Source of the DNA: Gammaproteobacteria bacterium
Lineage (GTDB): Bacteria; Pseudomonadota; Gammaproteobacteria; Steroidobacterales; Foliamicaceae
Direction of reading: 5' to 3'
Assembly: GCA_963665145.1 (NCBI GenBank)
Contig: OY762064.1
Coordinates: 1,410,403-1,474,402 of the forward strand
Length of the DNA: 64,000 nucleotides
Part shown: piece after piece, positions 10,007 to 17,544 of the stretch
How the letters are laid out: each line of letters begins with the position of its first letter
How positions within the stretch are numbered: position 1 is the first letter of the stretch
Made by a program: the position numbers and the translations under genes
The notes under the pieces: model-generated
Database searches by the model: none
The model's input: only the letters and a program-made list of their open reading frames with translations
What the model was told of the DNA's origin: nothing

Positions 10007-10513
10007 ATGAACTCAGCACCCCCAATCCGGAACATCGTGAAGCGCACCACGCTGATCGTGAGAGACATGGAAAAGAGCCGCCGCTGGTACGAGCACGTGC
10101 TGGGAATGAAGACCTGGATCGACATGCCCTACACCCTTTCCGGAAAGGGCATCGCCGCGGGCAAGAAGGGCGATGTCACGCACCTGGTCATCATGCAGTG
10201 CGAGGACCCGAGGATCGGCATGATCGGCCTGCTGCAGTGGGTGGACCCGCCGCTGCCGGCGCCGGAGATTCCGACTTCCGTGGGTTACGGCACGCCGGTC
10301 TTCGTAGTGGACACCGAAGATGCCGCGGAAGTAGCCCGGCGGGCCGGGGAGTTGGGCACCCTTGTGCATACGCCGGAACGGACTTTTCAGGTGCGAGGGT
10401 CCAAGGGTGAGCTGCGCCACCTGCTGGGTTGCGCCATCTTTGATCCGGACGGGTATTTCTACGAGTGCAACCAGCTGCTGAAGGTCGACGAACCGGAACA
10501 GAAAGCAGGCTAG
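10007..10513 (+). CDS. VOC (glyoxalase/bleomycin-resistance/dioxygenase) family protein
   Basis: 168-aa ORF with VOC-like beta-alpha-beta-beta-beta repeats (TTLIVRDMEKSRRWYEHVLGMK ... IFDPDGYFYE). Confidence 0.7.
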   Translation: MNSAPPIRNIVKRTTLIVRDMEKSRRWYEHVLGMKTWIDMPYTLSGKGIAAGKKGDVTHLVIMQCEDPRIGMIGLLQWVDPPLPAPEIPTSVGYGTPVFVVDTEDAAEVARRAGELGTLVHTPERTFQVRGSKGELRHLLGCAIFDPDGYFYECNQLLKVDEPEQKAG

Positions 10514-10544
10514 TGCCGTGTCACGACACTAGAGTTCACGGGAA

Positions 10545-11330
10545 ATGATCGAATATCCCGGATTCGATCCCGTGGCCCTGCGCATCGGGCCGCTGGCCAT
10601 ACGCTGGTACGGCCTGACGTACCTGCTGGGTTTCGTAGCCGCCTGGTGGCTGGCCAACCGGCGCAGCCGCAAACCCGGCAGCGCCTTCACGCCGGTCATG
10701 GTCCAGGACCTGCTTTTCTACTGTTTCCTCGGCGTCATTCTCGGCGGGCGGCTGGGCTACCTGCTGTTCTACGGCTGGGAGCAGATCATTCAGGATCCGC
10801 TGTACGTCTTCCGTATCTGGGAAGGCGGAATGTCGTTTCACGGCGGCCTGCTCGGCGTCTGCGCCGCAGTGCTGCTGTTCGCCCGCAAGCATTCCAGCAC
10901 CTTTGTCAATGTGGCCGATTTCGTGGTCCCGCTGGTCCCCATCGGGCTGGGCGCGGGGCGCATCGGCAATTTCATCAACGGCGAACTCTGGGGCAAGCCC
11001 AGCACTGCGCCCTGGGCCTTCGTGGTGGACGGCGTGGGCCGGCACCCCACCCAGTTGTACGAGGCTTTCCTGGAAGGCCTGGTGCTGTTCACCGCGCTTT
11101 GGTGGTACACGGCGGAGAGCGCCTCGGGGCAACGCGACAAGGGGCGAGCGACCGGACTGTTCCTGGCCGGGTATGGCGTTTCCCGGTTCCTGGTGGAATT
11201 CTGGCGCCTGCCGGATGAACACCTGGGCTACCTGGCCTTCGGCTGGCTGACCATGGGGCAGCTCCTTACGCTGCCGATGATCGGTTTCGGCGTTTGGCTC
11301 CTTTCACGGCGCTCGCCCGCGACGGCCTAG
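10545..11330 (+). CDS. lgt: Prolipoprotein diacylglyceryl transferase
   Basis: 261-aa ORF: PVALRIGPLAIRWYGLTYLLGF..., GGRLGY, GRIGNFINGELWG and HPTQLYEA are typical Lgt motifs. It lies upstream of thyA, as in many gammaproteobacteria. Confidence 0.93.
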   Translation: MIEYPGFDPVALRIGPLAIRWYGLTYLLGFVAAWWLANRRSRKPGSAFTPVMVQDLLFYCFLGVILGGRLGYLLFYGWEQIIQDPLYVFRIWEGGMSFHGGLLGVCAAVLLFARKHSSTFVNVADFVVPLVPIGLGAGRIGNFINGELWGKPSTAPWAFVVDGVGRHPTQLYEAFLEGLVLFTALWWYTAESASGQRDKGRATGLFLAGYGVSRFLVEFWRLPDEHLGYLAFGWLTMGQLLTLPMIGFGVWLLSRRSPATA

Positions 11331-11333
11331 TGC

Positions 11334-12128
11334 ATGCGCCAGTACCTCGAGCTTCTTCAGGACATCCTGGAAAACGGAACCGAGCGTCACGACCGTACGG
11401 GAACCGGGACCCGGGCGGTGTTCGGGCGGCAGCTGCGCTTCGACCTGGCGGACGGCTTTCCGATGCTGACCACCAAGAAGCTGCCGCTGCGGATCATCGC
11501 GGTGGAATTGCTGTGGTTTCTGCGCGGCGGGACCAACGTGAAATGGCTTCAGGAGCGGCGCGTGAATATCTGGAACGAGTGGGCCGATGAAAACGGCAAT
11601 CTCGGCCCGGTGTACGGCGCGCAATGGCGGCGCTGGCCCGACGGCAAGGGCGGCGCCATCGACCAGGTAGAGGCCGCGCTGAACACCATCCGCGAAGATC
11701 CCGATTCGCGGCGCATCATCATCAACGCCTGGAACGTCGCCGAGATCCCGCGGATGAAACTACCGCCCTGCCACATGATGCTGCAGTTGCACGTCAGCGG
11801 CGGCAGGCTGTCGGGGCAGTTGTATCAACGCAGTGCCGATTTTTTTCTCGGCGCTCCCTTCAACATCGCCTCGTATTCCCTGCTGATCAGCATGATGGCC
11901 GAGCAGACCGGCCTGCAACCCGGAGAGTTCGTCTGGACAGGCGGCGACTGCCACTTGTACGGCAATCACCACAAGCAGGCCCTCGAGCAGCTCAAACGCC
12001 GGCCGCGCCCGCTGCCGAAACTGGAAATCCGCGGCGGGCGGCCGTCCATCGACGACTACCGGGAAAACGATTTCATTCTGCACGGTTACGACCCCCATCC
12101 GCATATCGCAGCGCCGATTTCGGTCTGA
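11334..12128 (+). CDS. thyA: Thymidylate synthase
   Basis: 264-aa ORF: [31 protein letters not shown]..., PPCHMMLQ active-site Cys context, C-terminal HIAAPISV. Confidence 0.96.
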   Translation: MRQYLELLQDILENGTERHDRTGTGTRAVFGRQLRFDLADGFPMLTTKKLPLRIIAVELLWFLRGGTNVKWLQERRVNIWNEWADENGNLGPVYGAQWRRWPDGKGGAIDQVEAALNTIREDPDSRRIIINAWNVAEIPRMKLPPCHMMLQLHVSGGRLSGQLYQRSADFFLGAPFNIASYSLLISMMAEQTGLQPGEFVWTGGDCHLYGNHHKQALEQLKRRPRPLPKLEIRGGRPSIDDYRENDFILHGYDPHPHIAAPISV

Positions 12129-12154
12129 TGCCTCGCCAGACCAGGAGAACCCCC

Positions 12155-13099
12155 ATGAGCGACACAGCAAACACTTCCAACCATTCGGGTCTCGACCGGC
12201 GCGCCATGTTGAAAGGCCTGGGCGCGGGAGCGCTGGGAGCGACGGCGCTCGCGGGCTGCGCCGCCGAACAGCGCCGTGTCCCCCTGGACCTGAACGACCC
12301 CGTATCGCGCCTGCGGGCACGGGTAAAGACCTTCGGTTCGCTGGGCGAGGAAACGGTGCATCGAGTGTCGCGCGGCCATGTGTGGGCCTACTTCAACGAG
12401 GGCAACCTGGACCCGCTTTTCAGCATGATCAACTACAACGTCACCCGCTGGCGGCAGGTGGACGAACACAATTACGAGGCCACCATGAACGAAGTGGCCC
12501 TTTTCACCCGGTTCGACACCGATGAAGTAATAACCCACTGGGACAACCCCTATACCGGCGAGACGGTGGAGATTCAGCAGTACATCGTTGGGCCCATCTA
12601 TATCCAGAATGGCCTTGAAGGCACGGTGACCGACGAGAATGCGACCATGGTTCCAAAAAACATGGAATGGTGGACGGTCGGAGGAAAGCTCTTCATCCCG
12701 ACTCGATCCACATTCGCCTTTCCCAATCCCCTGCAGCCTGAAGTGTGGCCCAAGGCATCGGTGGGGCCGACCTTTCACTGGGACTCCTTCATGTTCTTCG
12801 CCGCCGATATCTCCGACCTGGAGAACCCGGACCTCACCATGGCGCCGGCGATCAGCCATTACCAGGAAACGCTGAACTGGAACCCGTGGATGCTGATGGG
12901 CCAGCGACCCGGCCGCCAGCTCTCGCGCGGCTACGGCTGCAAGCTGCGAAGTCTCGACGAAATGCCCGCCAACCTGCGCGCCCGCCTGGATGAATACTCG
13001 CCGGAGATTTTCGATTTGGAGAACTGGACACAAGTGAAGAACGACATGGTGGAGTTCATGAAGAACCGAACGCCTGCGACCCCGGAAACCGCAGAATGA
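12155..13099 (+). CDS. Tat-signal lipoprotein, DUF1838-like; function unknown
   Basis: ORF 11624..13099 trimmed to ATG 12155, with AGGAGA 6 nt upstream. The upstream part of the ORF overlaps thyA out of frame. Twin-arginine signal plus lipobox: DRRAMLKGLGAGALGATALAGC. The body (LDLNDPVSRLRARVKTFGSL...WDNPYTGETVEI) matches my recollection of DUF1838. ATGA overlap with apaG. Confidence 0.6.
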   Translation: MSDTANTSNHSGLDRRAMLKGLGAGALGATALAGCAAEQRRVPLDLNDPVSRLRARVKTFGSLGEETVHRVSRGHVWAYFNEGNLDPLFSMINYNVTRWRQVDEHNYEATMNEVALFTRFDTDEVITHWDNPYTGETVEIQQYIVGPIYIQNGLEGTVTDENATMVPKNMEWWTVGGKLFIPTRSTFAFPNPLQPEVWPKASVGPTFHWDSFMFFAADISDLENPDLTMAPAISHYQETLNWNPWMLMGQRPGRQLSRGYGCKLRSLDEMPANLRARLDEYSPEIFDLENWTQVKNDMVEFMKNRTPATPETAE

Positions 13100-13467
13100 T
13101 CTCAGCCGAGGACATTCGAATAGAAGTGGAACCGGCCTACCTCGGGCAGGATGCGCAACGGACGCGTTACGTCTTCAGTTACACGATCACGATCCTCAAT
13201 GGCGGCGAAGAGCCGGCGCGACTGCTGACGCGCCACTGGATCATTACCGACGGCAACGGTCGGGTCGAGGAAGTGTTCGGCGACGGCGTGGTGGGCGAGC
13301 AACCCCGTTTGCGCCCGGGCGAACAGCACCGCTATACCAGCGGGGCGATCATCGACACGCCCTTCGGCACCATGCAGGGCAGCTACGGAATGGTCACCGA
13401 CGGCGGCCAGGACTTCAAGGCGGCGATCCCGGTGTTCCGCCTCCAGGCACCCGGCGTCCTGCACTGA
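13096..13467 (+). CDS. apaG: ApaG (DUF525) protein
   Basis: 123-aa ORF: YVFSYTITILNGGEEPARLLTRHWIITDGNGRVEEVFGDGVVGEQPRLRPGE...GTMQGSY is the typical ApaG sequence. Confidence 0.92.
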   Translation: MISAEDIRIEVEPAYLGQDAQRTRYVFSYTITILNGGEEPARLLTRHWIITDGNGRVEEVFGDGVVGEQPRLRPGEQHRYTSGAIIDTPFGTMQGSYGMVTDGGQDFKAAIPVFRLQAPGVLH

Positions 13468-13474
13468 ATCGGTG

Positions 13475-13588
13475 CAGCCGAATCCTGCCACCCCCGTTGG
13501 CGGGAGACGCATAAATCCATCCATGGAGCTCGGCTTCGCCATCCCTGGCTCCGACGCTCCCGCCAACGGGGGTGGCAGGATTCGGCTG
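13475..13588. repeat. Perfect 32-bp inverted repeat (13475-13506 / 13557-13588) flanking a 50-nt spacer; REP/MITE-like element or large RNA stem
   Basis: The left arm cagccgaatcctgccacccccgttggcgggag is the exact reverse complement of the right arm ctcccgccaacgggggtggcaggattcggctg. The spacer holds two CCATCCNTGG copies. A T-rich run (tccttttgg) follows the right arm. Confidence 0.85.
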
Positions 13589-13629
13589 GTCTTGTCCTTT
13601 TGGCGTGTTGTAGTACGCGAGGTGTTGTG

Positions 13630-14436
13630 ATGGCGGTGTGGGCGGTGGGGGACGTGCAGGGGTGTCTTGAGCCACTGGATGCGCTGCTCGATCGAATCGG
13701 ATTTGACGCCGGACGGGACCGGCTCTGGTTCTGCGGCGACCTGGTCAACCGGGGTCCTGACTCCGAGGGCGTGCTGGCCCGCGTGCGGGAAATGGGGGAG
13801 GCGGCCGTCACGGTGCTGGGGAACCACGACCTGCACTGGCTGGCGCAGCAAGACTCCGGCAAAGAGAAGCAATTCAGCGACCTCGACGACTGGCTGCGCC
13901 GCCGGCCCCTGGCGCACCATGACGCCGCGCTCGGTTGCCTGCTGGTGCATGCCGGCGTCTATCCCGGCTGGGACCTTCAGCAGACGCTGGCATTTGCCGG
14001 CGAAATCGAGGATGTCCTTCGGGGCGAGCGTTGCGGGCCCTTCCTCGACGACATGTACGGCGACTCGCCCAACAGCTGGCGGGAGGACCTCTCGGGAATC
14101 AGGCGCCGGCGGATGATCGTCAACACGCTGACCCGGATGCGCATGGTCGATCAACAGGGACGCCTGGATTTCGCCTACAAGGGACCGCCCGGCGATCAGC
14201 CGCCCTATCTCGCGCCCTGGTTCGCCCGTCCCGGCAATCTCCCGCAGGAGTGCCGGGTTGTGTTCGGCCACTGGTCGGCGCTGGGACACTTCATCTCCGA
14301 CCGCCTCGTCGCCCTCGATTCAGGTTGCGTGTGGGGCGGTTCACTGTCCGCGGCACGCCTTGATGGACCGCCGCAGTCCGTGCACGTGCGCTGCCCTGAA
14401 GCCGACCGTGCGGCCGGTGGCAGGCGCCGTCGCTGA
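13630..14436 (+). CDS. apaH: Bis(5'-nucleosyl)-tetraphosphatase, symmetrical
   Basis: ORF 13600..14436 (TTG) trimmed to ATG 13630, with GAGGTG 6 nt upstream. MAVWAVGDVQGCLEPLDALLDRIGF...GDLVNRGPDS...GNHDLH are metallophosphatase motifs typical of ApaH. Confidence 0.92.
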   Translation: MAVWAVGDVQGCLEPLDALLDRIGFDAGRDRLWFCGDLVNRGPDSEGVLARVREMGEAAVTVLGNHDLHWLAQQDSGKEKQFSDLDDWLRRRPLAHHDAALGCLLVHAGVYPGWDLQQTLAFAGEIEDVLRGERCGPFLDDMYGDSPNSWREDLSGIRRRRMIVNTLTRMRMVDQQGRLDFAYKGPPGDQPPYLAPWFARPGNLPQECRVVFGHWSALGHFISDRLVALDSGCVWGGSLSAARLDGPPQSVHVRCPEADRAAGGRRRR

Positions 14437-15192
14437 TCAGGACAGGACTTCGGAGAGCCGCAGGTAATCCTCAACGGGAATCTGTTCGGCGCGCAGGCCC
14501 GGGTCGATACCCGCCGCGATAATCTCCTCCCGGTCCGCCAGCCCCCGCAGGGCGTTGGCAAGGGTCTTGCGACGCTGCGAGAACGCTTTTCGCACCAATT
14601 GCCCGAACACCTCGGGCTTGTCGATGCGATGGCTGGAATCCGGGGTCAATCGAACCATTGCCGACTCCACTTTGGGTGGCGGCCTGAACGCCTCCGGCGC
14701 GACCGTAAAGCAGAGCTCGGCACGGCAGCAGGCGGCGGCCATCACGGTCAGGCGGCCGTAGCGGCGGCTCCCGGGGGACGCGCACAGACGCTCGGCCACT
14801 TCACGCTGCAACATGACGGTGATGTCGCGAAAGCGCTCCGCGCTCTCAAGCAGCCGAAAGACCAGCGGTGTGCTGATGTAATAGGGAAGATTGCCGATCA
14901 GCCGGAGGCCCGAATACCCGACGGCGGAGTAATCGAAATCGAGCGCGTCCTGTTGATGCACCGTGAGCCCCTGTTCCGGCAAGCCCGCACGCAGCTGCTC
15001 GACCAGGGCCGGATCAATCTCGATCGCATCCACCACGGCACCTGTTTCAAGCAATGGCGCCGTGAGCGCGCCGCGGCCGGGTCCTATTTCCACGAAGCGC
15101 TCGCCGGCCCTCGGCCGTACCAACTCCATGATGTCCTGAACGACCTGGATGTCGGCAAGGAAATGCTGCCCGAGCCTGGCGCGCCTGCTCAT
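14437..15192 (-). CDS. rsmA: 16S rRNA (adenine1518/1519-N6)-dimethyltransferase
   Basis: 251-aa ORF: LGQHFLADIQVVQDIM...FVEIGPGRGALT...IGNLPYYISTP. ATGA overlap with the pdxA stop. Confidence 0.95.
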   Translation of the reverse strand: MSRRARLGQHFLADIQVVQDIMELVRPRAGERFVEIGPGRGALTAPLLETGAVVDAIEIDPALVEQLRAGLPEQGLTVHQQDALDFDYSAVGYSGLRLIGNLPYYISTPLVFRLLESAERFRDITVMLQREVAERLCASPGSRRYGRLTVMAAACCRAELCFTVAPEAFRPPPKVESAMVRLTPDSSHRIDKPEVFGQLVRKAFSQRRKTLANALRGLADREEIIAAGIDPGLRAEQIPVEDYLRLSEVLS

Positions 15193-16160
15193 CGCTCCGG
15201 ATAACCTGCCCTTCGCCCCGCCATGCCTGCAGCGGCGGTGACGGCCTGGATCAGGCTGCCTTCATCGGCACGGCCCGTTCCCGCCAGATCGAAGGCAGTG
15301 CCATGATCGACCGATGTACGCACGAAGGGCAATCCCAGAGTCAGGTTCACGGCGCGGCCGAAGCCGGCATGCTTGATCACCGGCAGGCCCTGATCGTGAT
15401 ACATCGCCAGGACAGCGTCGCAGCCGGCAAGAAAGGCCGGCGTAAAGGCGGTATCCGCGGGCCAGGGGCCGGTTACGCCCGGCTGGCCGAAATCGGCGAT
15501 CGCGCGCGCGATCACGTCCTGGTCTTCGAGACCCAACTCACCGTTCTCGCCGGCATGCGGATTAAGGCCAAGGACCGCAACCCGAGGGTTGGCAATACCG
15601 AGATCGTGTTCAAGGCCCGCGAACAGCACGGTGAGAACCGCGTCCAGCCGTTCCCGCGTGATGGCGGCGGGAACCTCGCTCAAGGGGATATGGGTCGTGG
15701 CGAGCGCTACTCGCAGGTGTGCGCTCTCCTCGCCCGATTCGCAGGCAAGCAGCATGACCGGCGTCGGCGCCCCGCCAAGCCGTGCGAGGTACTCGGTGTG
15801 TCCCATGAAATCCAGGCCCGCGCGGCGCATGACTGCCTTGTTGACCGGCCCGGTGACCAGCGCACCAAATTCGCCGCTCAGGCATCCGCGGGCGCCGCGT
15901 TCTATCGCCGCCAGCACCGCCGGTGCATTGCGGGGATCCGGCCGGCCGGCGGAGCACGGTTGATCAAGCGGCATGGCGGCAAGACTCAAGCCGGCAGCAC
16001 GGTTTTCCGGGTCGTAGGGCCCGGCGGAAAACTCCAGATTCAGGGCCGAGGCCCGCTCGCGCAGGACTTCGGGATCGGCAAGAAGGACAACGTTGAAGCT
16101 GTGTAGCGCGGGCGCAGCCTTGATGACAATGTCCGGCCCGATTCCCGCCGGCTCTCCCAC
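15189..16160 (-). CDS. pdxA: 4-hydroxythreonine-4-phosphate dehydrogenase (true start probably upstream of 16160)
   Basis: 323-aa ORF from GTG 16160: [11 protein letters not shown]..., [44 protein letters not shown]. The conserved N-terminal strand (KRLAIS) is encoded in frame upstream of the first canonical start; see findings. Confidence 0.9.
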   Translation of the reverse strand: [323 protein letters not shown]

Positions 16161-16177
16161 GCTTATCGCGAGGCGCT

Positions 16178-17524
16178 TTACTTCTTGTATTCCACGAACG
16201 CTTCGGCGCGCAGTCTTTGCAGCCAGAGCTGGGTTTCTTCCTGCACCTTGCGGTCACGCAAGGCGATATACGCACGATCACGGCGCACGTCTTCGCTTAC
16301 GTCCTGCATCCGCGTTCCGGAGCGTTGCGCAATATGCCAGCCAAAGGAACTGCGTATCGGCTCGCTGATCTCGTCCCCCTCAAGTTCGGCGACAGCCGCC
16401 GCGAAAGCAGGATCAAGGTCCTGGGGCGAGACCCAGCCAAGCAAGCCGCCCTCGCTGGCCGATCTCGCGTCCACGGAGTATGCGCGCGCCAGGGCCTCAA
16501 AACTCTCGCCGGCGAGTACCCGCTCGCGCAGTTCGGCCACCTCGCTGCGGGTCGAGTCATCGTCGCGTATTTCGTTGGCTTGCAGCAGGATGTGCCGCAA
16601 TTCCCACTGCTCCTGGATAATCGCGTCGCCGCCGCGCACGTCATCCAGGCGCACGATGTGCACGCCGCTCCCCGTCGTAATCAGTTCAGCCAGTCCCCCG
16701 GGCTCCAGCTGGACCACGTGCGCCACGAAAGCCGTGGGCAGGGCGTTGCGTTTGCGCCAACCCAGGCTGCCGCCCTGCAAGGCGTTTTGCGACTCGGAAT
16801 ACGCGATCGCCAGTTCCGCGAAGTTCTCCCCGTCCTCGACGCGCCGGCGCAGCTTTTCGGCCCGTTCCCGGGCAGCTTCGCGTTGCTGGGCGGTTGCGTT
16901 GAGCGGAGTGCCGATGAGGATATGTGAGACCTGGTATTCCTGGTTCGCCTCCTCGCCCCCTTCCGCACCCCGCAGAAAGTCATCCACTTCCCTGGCGTTG
17001 AGGAACACCCTGGTAACCACGTCCCGCTGCCTGAGCGTATCCAGGACGATCTGCGCTCGCAGTTCCTCGCGGTACGCCGCGTAATCCACACCCTGCTCCG
17101 CCAGCACGTCGGGCATGTCGCTCAGTTCCACTTCGTTCTGCCGGGCCACGAAGCTCAGTGCCCGGTTGACCTGCTCGTCGGAGATCTCGATGCCGGCTCG
17201 CTTTGCGCGCTGCAATTGAATTTCGCGCAGAATGAGCCGTTCCAATACCTGGTCCTCCAGCATGGAGCCGGGCGGCAAACGCAGTCCCTGGGCGCGGATA
17301 TTGTCTCGTACGGCGGACAGCTCCTGCGCCAGTTCGCTGGTCAGCACGACGCCGTCGTTGACCACCGCCACGATTCCGTCGAGGAACTCGCCGTCGTCAC
17401 TGAGCTGGGCGTCGGCGGGCGCACCGTTCAGCGCCAGGCACGCGCCCAGGAGCAAGGACAGGATGCAGCGCCGGCCGGAAGGAGAGCGCGGATGAAAATT
17501 GATTTTGAAGTGCGGAAAGCTCAC
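16178..17524 (-). CDS. surA: Periplasmic chaperone / peptidyl-prolyl isomerase SurA
   Basis: ORF 16178..17941 trimmed to GTG 17524, 20 nt after the lptD stop. This gives a signal peptide (SFPHFKINFHPRSPSGRRCILSLLLGACLALNGAPADA). SurA N-domain (GIVAVVNDGVVLTSEL) plus two parvulin-like segments (HILI..., HILL...FGWHI). Confidence 0.9.
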   Translation of the reverse strand: MSFPHFKINFHPRSPSGRRCILSLLLGACLALNGAPADAQLSDDGEFLDGIVAVVNDGVVLTSELAQELSAVRDNIRAQGLRLPPGSMLEDQVLERLILREIQLQRAKRAGIEISDEQVNRALSFVARQNEVELSDMPDVLAEQGVDYAAYREELRAQIVLDTLRQRDVVTRVFLNAREVDDFLRGAEGGEEANQEYQVSHILIGTPLNATAQQREAARERAEKLRRRVEDGENFAELAIAYSESQNALQGGSLGWRKRNALPTAFVAHVVQLEPGGLAELITTGSGVHIVRLDDVRGGDAIIQEQWELRHILLQANEIRDDDSTRSEVAELRERVLAGESFEALARAYSVDARSASEGGLLGWVSPQDLDPAFAAAVAELEGDEISEPIRSSFGWHIAQRSGTRMQDVSEDVRRDRAYIALRDRKVQEETQLWLQRLRAEAFVEYKK

Positions 17525-17544
17525 GCCGGGTCCGGGGGAATCAC

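Noticed and set aside
11624-12154. 5' extension of ORF 11624..13099.
   Set aside because: It overlaps thyA out of frame and is Arg/Pro/Ala-rich. The RBS and the Tat-lipoprotein signal begin at 12155.
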